Source: Paraspadella gotoi
Taxonomy: Eukaryota > Animalia > Chaetognatha
DNA: 64,000 bases
Assembly (NCBI GenBank): GCA_051294375.1
Contig: CM119266.1
Location: forward strand, 17,292,087 to 17,356,086
Reading direction: 5' to 3'
The notes beneath the pieces were generated by a model that was given only the letters and a program-made list of their open reading frames with translations, had not been told where the DNA came from and ran no database searches. Position numbers and translations under genes: made by a program. Positions 38,260 to 49,985 of this stretch are shown piece after piece; positions within the stretch are counted from its first letter, which is position 1, and the number at the start of each line of letters is the position of its first letter.

Positions 38260-38821
38260 TATCTCTCATTCTCGCTCTCTCATATCTCACCTTTTGCCTT
38301 TTGATCGTCGACGAAAACGCCGTCCATCTCCTCTTCCTCCTCCTTCTCCTCCACGCCCAACTCCTTCCTCTTCCTCCTCACCAACTCGCGATTCCCATTG
38401 ATGACCATATTCCATCTGCAAGAGGTCGACGCAGATCGTGAGAGAGAGACGGGATCGAGAAAGGAGAAGATAAGGAGGTGGATCTCTGAGGGGAGGTCTG
38501 ACAAGGAAGGTGGAGGAGGAGGAGGAGGAGGAGGAGGAGGAGCAAGGCGACTCACTAATGATACGGTCGACCGCCTAAATTAGAAGCATTTAATAAATAA
38601 ATGAAAATCCATAAAAATGAATTTAGAAGTATTCCAAAGATTTAATGGTTAAAATGAATTTTGTATCTGATTTCTTAAAGGGCGCTCATAAAATAATTTT
38701 GAGAGATGGAGACAAGAGAGAGAGACGGAGACAAAGAGAGATAAAGTTCGAGCCCTATCATTTTTCTCTTCACATACTCGATCCAATCTCCACCGGCATT
38801 CAGACTTTCGCTGTTGACCAT
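33457..38821 (-). CDS. F-box domain protein
   Basis: Exon ~38778-38821 joins in phase 2 to exon ~38292-38574 encoding poly-Pro and F-box LSDLPSEIHLLIFSFLDPVSLSRSASTSCRW; its phase-1 GTGAGA donor matches the acceptor at 33672 of a terminal exon 33457-33671. The F-box itself is clear; the true start and the link to the last exon are inferred. Confidence 0.65.
35300..35990 (+). mobile_element. Possible Penelope-like element pLTR remnant
   Basis: ATTGG boxes and TATATAAAAG (35381), short tandem repeats GCTGCGTCTCGGCTCTG (35510-35615), terminal minimal hammerhead. No RT or GIY-YIG ORF seen; boundaries uncertain. Confidence 0.4.
35934..35980 (+). ncRNA. Minimal type I hammerhead ribozyme motif (Penelope-like element type)
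   Basis: CTGATGA (35940-35946), extra A, stem II GGCTT/AAGCC with an 8-nt loop, GAAAC, palindromic stem III ACATGT, GTC cleavage triplet ending 35975. Stem I is short and imperfect. Confidence 0.72.
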
Positions 38822-39048
38822 CGTTTGGAAGGATGTGCCGGAAGGCGAGTTGGTGGGTGAGTTCGACACCAACCCTTTGACGTCTTTTAGAAGAGAAGTA
38901 GAAAAAACGGAAGGAGTTAAATGTTTTCTAAGAACGCGAAATACAGAAAACCTTTCTCGTAAAGCAGTTTTCTATGACCGTTGCAAAATAACGTTATGTA
39001 GCGTGGTAGGCCTTGGGCTGCTACAAACACCTTACTAGCTTGAGCTAA

Positions 39049-39703
39049 TGTTAGCGTCAGAATAATTGAAGTAAATGATAGATAGTGTATATTTATTTGA
39101 GGATAAATATTACAGAGTTACAACAATATTCCATTAAATGCAGAGCAGAACGCAGCTCTGTATCCGTGGATTGAAAAGTTGGGAATGACCCTCTTTCCTT
39201 TCCTCCTCTCCTTTTATAGCTTCCTCCGTTCCTCCCTGATCACGCGACCTCGGTTTCCAGGCAGCTGACGCGCTCAACGACGCGCCTGACGCGCCCGGCG
39301 ACGCACCTGACGCGCGCCCAACGCTTTCTTCCTAACAGCTGTCTTTGGTTCCATCTTGACTTGACTTTGGTTCCATCGTCCAGCGACGCGCCCGACGCGT
39401 CCCTGGCCTCCCGAGTCACGTGATTTAGTTCTATCGGATTCGTCGGAGCTCATTTGCATATTTCCGTCTTTCTTCCTCTTTCTCCGTTCTATCTCCGCCG
39501 CTCTCTCTCTCTCTCTCTCTCTGTATCCGTCGCTCTCCCTCTCTCTCTCGATATCCGTCGCTCTCGCTTTCTCTCTCGATATCTCCGTCGCTCTCCCTCT
39601 CTCTCTCTCTCTCTCTTAGCCGCTTCAGTTATAAGGGCGGATTCGATTCCATTCTTGGTTTCGATTCCATCTACGATGGGTTAAAGTAGATTCCCTGGCA
39701 ACA
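39049..39703 (-). mobile_element. Possible solo LTR
   Basis: TGTT...AACA termini; minus-strand TATAAAA (~39215) followed by AATAAA (~39093); GC-richer than flanks. No clear target-site duplication. Confidence 0.4.
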
Positions 39704-40242
39704 CAATGGCTAAGCGGTACAAATAATTTCGCCTCATCCGAACGTTACGGGTTTAATCCCTGGGCTTCTTGATTTTGATGAATAAGATGTGACGAAACAA
39801 GGTAAAACTAGTCTTCGACGGGAGGCTCTCCCTCCATTCGATAATGATATCAAAATCAATCTAACCGTGACCCTCTCTATTATTTCCTCACCTTGGAATC
39901 CATCTCCAGCTCTTTCATACAGTATGAACGTTGCCGAAGTTATGCATCTGTCACGGTTCATATGAACGTTTAGAGTACTATAGTCTCCCTCTTTTTATCT
40001 ATATTTCTTTATTTTTCATAAATTATGTTTGTTGATTTCTGGCGCAAATATTTTTTAAAATATTAATCGCAAATTATTTCGGAGTCCATCACTGGATTTC
40101 AAAAGAGAAAGTTATTAAAATGAATTTGTTAACATGAGAGTTTAAATGAGATAGAAGAAACATTATTTGTTATCACTTCCATCTCTTCTGTTAGCGTTAG
40201 CAACTTGCTTACTGAAATTGTTTTAATCATTAGTGGTAGTCT

Positions 40243-40291
<49 letters not shown>

Positions 40292-40538
40292 GCAGAAAAA
40301 ACTAGAAATTAGTGGTTGTCTTGGACATACTGATGAATCACATAGAAAAAGCCGGCAAAATAGCGGCCTTGGCCCTGAAGGAAGAAAATCGTTCTGATCC
40401 GAATTAAAGAAAAAAAGTAGGAGAACGAAATAATTATTAAGATAAAATCTCTGCAAAGTTGAAAGATTCAAGGGGATCAACTTTTGAAAGAAGATGAAGA
40501 TTGGAAACGAGGGACAAGGGGGGGGGCACATAAATAGC

Positions 40539-40546
40539 TATAAAAA
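40539..40546 (+). promoter_or_regulatory. TATA box of the Kazal inhibitor gene
   Basis: TATAAAAA about 100 nt upstream of the ATG-only first coding exon. Confidence 0.55.
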
Positions 40547-40640
40547 GGGTTTAAAAGAGAGAAATACAATAATTATTGTCTGAAACTTAGAACATAAATC
40601 ACAATTCTTTTTTCTCTGAAAGTGGTTCACAGATCTCAAA

Positions 40641-42278
40641 ATGGTGAGTCTAATAATTATATTTATTGCGATTATTTTCTGGTTGAAGTTACACACAGTG
40701 AAAGCTGGTGCTAATGCAAGATTTTACCTATCCCGAAATTTATTTAAGTGAAAAGATTAACTATAGTTGATAACGATTGATTAAAATTAGTATGTTTATC
40801 GATTCAAGATTTTTCTCAGAAATTCTCTGTCGGCGAAACACTACTTTGTTAACTTTAGATGAATTTTCCAAAATTTGTTTCAATTCATACTTAGTCTTAT
40901 ATGTATATAAACTTTTAATTTCTTTGCTTCTATCAGACGAAATCGCCACTCTTCTTCTTCTTCCTCCTCCTCCTCTTCTCCTCGTCCTCCGCTCGATCGA
41001 CCAAGTTCTTTGCCCGACAGACCGACCTCTCGACCCTTTGTCCCAACCATTGCGCCCTCTACTGGTCGCCTGTTTGCGGCAGCGACGGGCAGACTTACGC
41101 CAACGATTGCTATTTCAAAAAGGTCAACTGCGGTCGGTCTGTCAGTATCTCACACATGGGTCGATGTCCCGAAGCTTGCCCTCACTCCTGCCCTTTCGTC
41201 TATCGCCCCGTTTGCGGCAGCGATGGTCACACCTACGCCAACGAGTGCCATCTTAAGCAACGCAATTGCGGCAATGGCGTTATTATGGCTCACACAGGCA
41301 AATAAGACGGGCTAGAATTTTTATGGAATTATTACGGTTAAAATAAAAATCATCCATTTACATTTATTGTATTCAATGTACAAATGAAGTCTCTTTACGG
41401 TCAAACTTTGACATCGTAAATACCATTGTTTTGACTGTTATTGTTGTTTTACTTTGTTGAAGAATAAATCATTTTTACTCTGAAACACAATATAATCATT
41501 TAACGCTCGTTTCATGTCACGTGACTACTTACAAATGCAGTGACGTGATCGGAGAGTAACTGCGGCTTTTTTCATATTCTTAATTAATGAATTAATAAAG
41601 AAAGCATAACGAAATCAATGCGGCGCAACACATTCAATTAATTCCACTATCACAGGAAAATGCGAAGCGACTTGTCCCGAACCATGTCAGTACGTCTACG
41701 ACCCGGTCTGCGGTACGGACGGCAAGACTTACGTCAACGAATGCAATTTGAAGGGCAACAATTGCAACAATGGAGTCACGGTCAACCACACGGGTCCGTG
41801 TCGAGTCGAGTGTCCGACTCATTGCGCGTTCGTACACAGTCCGGTTTGCGGTACGGACAAAAAGACGTACGTCAACGAGTGTATTTTGAAGATGGAAAAT
41901 TGTCGCAACGGAGTTAGAGTCAATCACACGGGCGATTGTCTGCCCGATTGTCCTACCAGCTGCCCGCCGATCATATCCCATATTTGCGGCAGCGACAACA
42001 AAACTTATGTCAACGAATGCGATTTGAGAGGAAATAATTGCGGAAAAAATGTCACCATTAAACACACTGGGAAATGTCCCAAAGAAGAGGTGGCGTGTCC
42101 AACTCGTTGCCCAGCGATCATGGATTACGTTTGTGGCAGCGATGGTAAGACTTACGTCAATAGATGTCACCTTAGAGGAAGCAATTGTCGCAATGGAGTG
42201 TCCAATGGAGTGACCATCAGCCACAATGGGCGTTGCGCGACGGTGAAGAGGCGAGGAATGAGAGACGAAAGAAAATAA
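40641..42278 (+). CDS. Secreted multidomain Kazal-type serine protease inhibitor (6 Kazal domains)
   Basis: Exons 40641-40643 (ATG|GTGAGT), 40937-41297 (signal peptide TKSPLFFFFLLLLFSSSSA plus 2 domains, GC donor), 41656-42278 (4 domains). Each domain reads CPxxC...(P)VCGxDxxTYxNxC...C...H.G.C. Confidence 0.93.
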
Positions 42279-43194
42279 AAACAAGAGAAGATAAGGAATA
42301 ATTCTTATTTCGTTTCGGTCAAAAATGTAACACGAAAGTCAGTTTGTTCTTCATATAAAACTTTGAAATTATAATGATTTTAATTATTAGAATCATTTAG
42401 TTCCATCGGAGGACCCGAATCTTCTCATGATTTTTTCCTTCAATGATTTAAAGTTTACATACTTTTCTTTCATATGAATTCCAAATCACTATTATGGGAT
42501 TTTTGGTGATTTTTTTTTTGTCCAAATAGTCTGGGGATAACAAGGCTTCAGAACGGATTGAATGTACAGCTGATTCATAACGATCCAATTAATTCAGGGT
42601 AAATTTTATCTCCTAGTGTATGGGATTGTAGTATTGTACTAAATATGCCGTATTTTGTCTCAAAAAAGTATTAACCACTTTAATTTGGCAAAGTTATTAA
42701 AAGGTTTATATTGTTGATTCTTATTTCCTCGCGTTTGCTCTAATTAAAATATATTCTTTGCGATAATTTAGTGAAGTTTAGTTTAGTTTTGTTTAGTTTT
42801 TCATAAACTAGTAGACGAATTTAGAAGAGCTTTGCCAATAGGAAACATACTAAACATACTTTATTTTTTAGTGACCTTTATTAAGTTATTAATACTTAAG
42901 ATACATTTTTTAACTATTAGGAATCATTAGATGGCATCATTACTATTCATTAGTTAAGGCAGAAATTTCAAAAACCGAATTATAATCTTATAACCGATAA
43001 CGATAGTCGAAACAAATCTACATCGATCAATCGATATTGAATCTTGAATCAATCAATAAATGAAACAATCAGTGTATCAATCAATCGACCAATAATTCAA
43101 CGGAAAGAAGAAAAAGTTAGTGAAACTTTTTACTCGTCCCTCCTCCTCATTTCAACGCGCCAACCAAATTCACGAAACAGTGAGAGAGGGAGAC

Positions 43195-43254
<60 letters not shown>

Positions 43255-43406
43255 TTTCCTCCTCTTATCACTTGTTCCTTTCATCTTTGGTAATATTTAC
43301 AACTTTTAAGTGATTGCAGAATCTCTCGCCCCACGTATATTTTTTTTTTCGCGTCGCCTGCATCTTCCTTTCTTGTTTGATCGCATCTTATACAAACAAA
43401 GACACG

Positions 43407-45257
43407 ATGAAAAACGCGTCTCGCGAACGAAGTAGAGTCAGACTTTTGCGTTCTGGATTTTTAGAACTTCAAAAGGCGCTGCCCTGTATTCCGCCCGATA
43501 CTAAATTAGGTAAGTGCTGTGGCCGGTGGGTTTTCTCTAATTTTTCATTTCGTCTAAATTCCGATCCCGATCTCTCCCTCTCTTCCACTCTTTCTCTCTT
43601 CTCCCCTTTTCTCTCTCTCACCCGCTCTCACTCTCAGCCAAACTCGACGTTCTCATCATAGCGACTCTTTACATCAAACATTTGATCAAGCTCACAAAAT
43701 TAACTCCGTCTCCTGACGACGACAACAACAACAACAACGACGACGAAGACGACGACGACGATGCCATAACGACTTTTCACGGGGATGGCATCGAAGAGAG
43801 AGAGAACGAAGATGTTTCCGCTTCTAGCGTTAGAGATGGCATCGCTGAGGGCATCGGAAGTAGTGCTATGAAATCGGGTAGGTGAAGCAGGCAAAATTTT
43901 CTGCAAGCGCTCAATTTTAGTTTCTGATCCATGAACTTAACACTTATATTTAACCAGATGCTTATAAATTCTAATCCCTAACCTTATCTCTTAATCTTAA
44001 ACCATAATGCCTCACCAAATATTTAATCAAACATCTAACCTAATCCCAGTTTCTAACCTTAGAGATATATTGCTAGATTAACTATCGATTGTTAACCTTA
44101 TCAGCTAAATTTTTATTACATTTTCTTACAGTATTGACGTCAATCATGTTGTAAGAAAAAAATTGATATAATAATACATATTTTTTTAAATTATAATTTG
44201 TTTAAATAAAATTATTTGTAACTAACCTAATTCCGAATTTAAACTGAAATTGGGGAGGATTAAAAAAGACGGACCGTTTTGCTTTCAACTGTTCTCCGCT
44301 CCTTCTAATGAAGCTTCTCTCGGCTTTACTTTCCTAAACTTAAAATCTGCTCAAAAATTTATTTGAAATGCTTTACACTTTAATGCTTTGCTTTGCTTCT
44401 ACATGCGTAATAAAATTTCAATCTAATTCGTTTTTTGTTCAGCTTTCACATGCTCTACAATGCTTCATTTTGCTTTAGTTTGCTTTGTTTGGCCATCAGC
44501 TAATTTGATTGATACCAAATATATTTTTTTCTTAGGTTTGAATCGAAACGAAGAACAAAAAAGCAAAAAAACAAAGACGGTCACAGCCTGTTGGTCTTGC
44601 GTCCTGGAAGGAGACGATGGAATGAATCTGGCATCAATGAAGGCAAGTATATTGTTTACTGCTAATCATTTAGTTTTTATTGTTGGTTTTTATTTATATT
44701 TATTCCCCGTTGCCTGTTTTATTTAATAATCATGGCTTAAAAGTGGAGAAGCTTTAAAAATATAAACAAACAACAAACAAAAAAAAACATCTTGAGGCCA
44801 ATTTTCGTTTCGAGTCTTCAGATCTAAAACTTTTTCTTTCTTTTTAAATTTTTTTTTTCACTGATTTTTCTTTATTCTTTTTCCTTTCTCTTTTTTTCCT
44901 TTTTCCTCGTCTTATTACTTCTGTTTCTATCTTACCCTTTTCCTCTCTTTTCCTCTCTTTTTTATCTTATCCTTTTCCTCTCTTTTCCTCTCTTTTCTAT
45001 CTTATCCTTTTCCTCTCTTTTCCTCTCGTTTCTATCCTATCCTTTTCCTCCCTTTTCTATCTCATCCTTTTCCTCTCTTTTCTTCTCTATTCTATCTCAT
45101 CCTTTTCCTCTCTTTTCCTCGCTCTCTTTTTAATAATAATGTATTTCCTTACAATTTTCCTATTACTCTCTCCTTTCTTTTTTTTTTTACTTTTCTTTAA
45201 CTCTCTCTCTTCTCATTCGATCTTTTCCTATCTTTTTTCTTAACTCTTTCCATCTCT

Positions 45258-45335
<78 letters not shown>

Positions 45336-46598
45336 CTCTCCTTCTCCCCCCCTTGACACTTGAGGAGTTGACATCTGTAAGAGATGATCCATTGTCAATG
45401 ATCAATGGTTAATCTATTCGTCGTCGTCGTTGTTGTCGTCGTCGTCTTCCTTTTCCTCCTCCCCTTCCTTCTCTTCCTCACTGTCTTTATTTTCTATTTA
45501 TTTTTATATAAATTTTTTTTCATTTAGTTGTTTTATTTTTAAATTTTTTAAATTTTAATTATTAGTTTTTAATATAGGAATACGTATATAAAATGAAAAC
45601 GTCGATGTTGTCGTCGTTTTTTTTTTTTTGTTATCTTTTGTCATGAAATTGGTAAAACTAAAATAAAGATTATCCAATATCCATTGAGGCGAAACAGGTT
45701 GCAAACTAGATATTGTTAAAGTGAAAATTAAAAAGATTTTAAGTTTACTCCATTGTTAAATTAAACGCATGGAAGCCATTTTAAATAATCCGAATACTAT
45801 GTATATAAAAACAATTTTTTTGTATAAATTTTAATTTTTTTTCATCGTATTCTGATAGAGCGAGAAAAATTTAATTCAAGGTTATTATAACAACTTTAAA
45901 GATTTGTCAATAAAAATTAGCAAAAACTTTTCAATTTACTGAATTATTATTATGATGATGATAATGATGATAATAATAATGATGATAATGATAATGATGA
46001 TTATTCAAGGTTTTTTAAATTTTTGACACATTTATTATTTAAAAATTTTTAAATATTGTAATATTTAGCTGTATCTAACTTTTTGATCTCTCTCAGAATC
46101 GGTTTTAACAAATTCAAAAATTCAAAAAATAAATTCACTTAGTATTAATACCATAAATTAAGACTTTCACTGCAGACTGTTTAATATTATAAAAAAATTT
46201 AATTCTGGTCCGCCTTATCATCCATTTATTCAAAAAAGTTTAGTTTTTCGATATTCTATTTTTATTCAAATCACTATTTTTAATTTTTTTTTACTTCTCC
46301 CAATTCCATTTATTCCTTTGGTCAGCTTCAGTTTTCTCTTTTTTTCCATCCATTTTTTTTTTCTATTTCCATTATTTTGTCATCCATTTTTTCATTTACC
46401 CATTTTTCATTTGCCTTTTACTTTTTCCTTCTTAGAACCCACCCCCCCGTCCCTCCCCCTTACGACCCGTCGATCCCCAACAAAAAAGGATGATTCTTGA
46501 TTTATTGATGTACATCGTCGGCAACATTAATCATTAACATTTTTGGCTTCAGATTGAGAGAGCGGAAGAGACCAGATGGCCTAATGGTGAGAGAGAGG

Positions 46599-46636
<38 letters not shown>

Positions 46637-47728
46637 GAAAGAAGGGAGAGCGAGAGCGAAGAGAGGAGGAGAGAGAGAGAGAGAGATACAGACTCTATCA
46701 AACATTCTCTTTTCTTAGAAATGGCCGATGCGATCTCGTTTGTGCTCCAAACTTCATTTTATCCTTCAAGCAGAACATCATTACAAAGACGCTCACCGGT
46801 CGATGCAGGTATCGGGTGATCAAAAAAATATTTACTATTTTTTTAAAAATTTCAAACTTACAAAAAAACTAACTGAATAGACGGAAAATGATATAAAAAA
46901 CAATATTTACTCATCATTTGTTTACTTAAAATTCTCTTCTTTTTTTGTCATAAATCGAAAATTCTCGAAAACAATTCATCATAAAAATAAAATGTTTCAT
47001 AAACGCAGAAATCCATCGTCAAACAAAAATCCGAACAAGACAACGATTTTCTATCGACCAATGAGCGAAGACCGGAAACTGCATCGTCCAATCAAATGAC
47101 TTTGCTTTCTACCAATCAGACGCCGGATCCAGATTCTACGCGAAAAACTTCTTCGGTCTTTTCGACCAATCAGAGACGAGAATCCTCGACGTTAAACGTT
47201 GACTCCTCAACTTTAGGGATTCCCGACATTTTCCCCCAACCCACTCGGCCTAATATCTATCCTGATAGTTATCCCGATTCTTTGACAAATTTCCCGGCGT
47301 CAGATTTCGCTTCCTCTTCTGATTTTTCTATGGAAACAGAATCTTTTCTCCCTCTCTCCCTTCCTCCTCCTCCTTTTCTTCCACCTCTTCCTCCCTCTCC
47401 CTCTCTCCCTCTCTCTAACCCTTCCCTCCTTCCCCCCATCTCTTCATCCTTTCCTCCCTCTTCTTTTCTTCCTCCTCTTCGTTCTCTCTCTCCTTCCCTC
47501 TCTTCTTCTCTTCCTCCTCCTCCTCCCCTCTCATCTCTTTCTTCGATGACATCTACCGGATTTCCGGTTTATTACTTTCCGCCCGACGTCAAAAATGACG
47601 TTAAAAGTGACGTAATCAATAACGTCACCTGCGAAGTCAAAGACGAAACTAAAGAGGATGACGATGACGACGACGACGACGACAAATTCAGGACTTTTGG
47701 AACCGGAACTTTTTTCGGTCTCGTTTGA
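43407..47728 (+). CDS. TCF24: TCF23/TCF24-type bHLH transcription factor
   Basis: Exons 43407-43509, 43638-43877, 44536-44642 (GC donor), 46719-46808, 47009-47728, all in phase. bHLH [48 protein letters not shown] plus the family motif KKWPMRSRL across the exon 3/4 junction. TCF23 vs TCF24 cannot be separated; an upstream exon is possible. Confidence 0.85.
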
Positions 47729-47883
47729 AAGAAGGTTTACCGTTTCAAAATTCCCAAAACTACCCATTTAGTCTTAAATTAAGTTAAAAGTTGTTAAGTT
47801 CAAAGATACCATCGCAGGGGTATCCATGAGTTTTTCCTTAAATACGGTCAGAGGTTCGGGTCAAAAATTTGGCTTGAGCTTAA

Positions 47884-47923
<40 letters not shown>

Positions 47924-48373
47924 TTTATAATTATTAAGGTTAAAATTAAGTTTATGAATTATGAATTAAAAAATATAAATGAGGCGCTCTTGCAAAATAG
48001 TCATTGTTCGTAACTGTAAATAATCGTTAACAATTAATAAACGTTAGTCTTCATTAGCCGTGTTGTACGCTTTTGGCCTTGTTGCTTGTCATCGTCGTCG
48101 TTGTTGTCGTTGTCGTTGTTGTTGTGAATTTCTTCTATTCTGTTGTTTCATTCCTCTGTGATGCTACTATACTGACACATTATATTGTATATATTTTGTA
48201 TTATCTACATATTACATAGAGTAAATTTTCCGTGACCCCAATGTAAGGGAAAAAATGAAGCAAGTGTCATAATTTCTCCCTTAAACTCCTCCCTTCTGTT
48301 TCTGGTCAATTCAAGATGCAATAACCTTTGCTTATTTCGTAAGATGACGTCTTTTCGTCAATGGAAATTTAAT

Positions 48374-48431
<58 letters not shown>

Positions 48432-49985
48432 GCTAGATCGACTCGGAATTTTTTAAAAAGTTTTTAAAAGTTTTTCTTCCCATGGAAAGAGAGAGAGGGA
48501 CCGGATACAACATTCTCTATAATCCATTCCTCGGTTTCCAGGTTTCCTTCTTCTGTGATGACCATATGTCACCCAAAAATTCGCCCAAGCCAAGGTTGCT
48601 GGGAGATAGATTATACATTACCATAAATATCAAGTTCAATATTTTCTGATTTTGTTTTTTGTTTTTTTCTTTGAATATCCTCTAGAAGTCCAAATCTCTT
48701 TATTTCTTCCGGTAAGAGATTTTCGTAACATTTTTCTAGTTGACAAATGTGTTAGGATTGATCAGAACATGAGGGTTCATTTTAGTAGCCTATGTTTTAC
48801 TTCTTGTAAAGTAGCGCTCTTATTATGTAATGATCCACAAACGACTTTAATAGTATTTATCAGTTTGTTAAGTTTAAAAGTTAAATTAGATCTTTAATTG
48901 TATTATGCGTTATCATTGCTACGGTTCTCATGTCTTTGTACTTGCAACGACCTGGTCCTTAAATACAATAATATACAACACAACTTCTATAGCTTTTAAT
49001 TTTATGATTATAATTAATACCGTCGAGAGATTTAACTAATTTCTGGTGGCCTCTCGCCACCAGCACTTTCTTCTTTCACGACCTCATGGTCATGTAATAT
49101 CAGAGAATGGTGATGGCTAGTGATCAGAACTGGTAATGATGAATGATTATCTATTGCGCCTACGAAACACCCAGAATTACCATCCGGGATGCCAGATATG
49201 GCATTGATCTGCCAGGCTGAATTCTTCCAAAAATACCTAATCCCCAAATATTATTCTGCTTAGATAAACCCAGAAACTCCTTTTTAATCTCATTTCCTAT
49301 ATTTTTTTCTTTTGATCAATCTCTCCTTTTCATCAGAGCAAAGGAAAAAGAAAGAAAATCATTTTCATTGCAGATTTCGTCTCTGCTTCATGCTTCATAT
49401 CTCTGGGCCAGATGAAAAGAGGGAACGAAATGAAAAGTCGGCCAAGTAATCAATTCGAGAAAGCAACAATGCATCAAGCAAATCAAATAATATGAGACAA
49501 TCAAAGACGAAAGACAATCAGTTTCGACATGCAGTAATCGATCAATCGATCAGACAAGGAGGCTATTGTGACGATATATTCACACCGCCTCACATCCAGC
49601 TTCATTGAGCAAATACCATTGGCTCATAGGGCGAACGTACCAACCCAATCGTTACGTTCCATCCACATTCCACAGTCCCAATGACTTCCCTCTGAGTTGG
49701 CAAAGCGAGACTGTCCTAGCGTAGCCGTGCCAATGACAGGTTGCGTCACTTAAGATCGAAAGACACCAAAGCCAACAGTGAGATGCCTCATCCCAATGGC
49801 TGTTGCCATATTATTTCATAATTTCTTTTCTTCAATCACTAAGGAGTTTTAGATGCATTTGTAAATTTAAAATTTTAAAATTTTGAAGTTTTGTAATTGA
49901 AAGCAAAATTTCCATAAAAAAATTATAATATTCAAGCAATCAATGATTGTAAAGTTCTTAACGATTCATCGTGACGAAATTTTTT

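Noticed and set aside
41634-42284. 216-aa minus-strand ORF
   Set aside because: Antisense shadow of the Kazal exon.
44132-44150. 19-nt candidate micro-exon in the bHLH gene
   Set aside because: It has plausible splice sites, but exon 44536-44642 joins in phase without it and restores the KKWPMRSRL motif; only cDNA could support it as an alternative.
46721-47728. Independent gene starting MADAISF or MTLLSTNQ
   Set aside because: The other frame gives KWPMRSRL, the TCF23/24 motif, and splices in phase to the bHLH exons.
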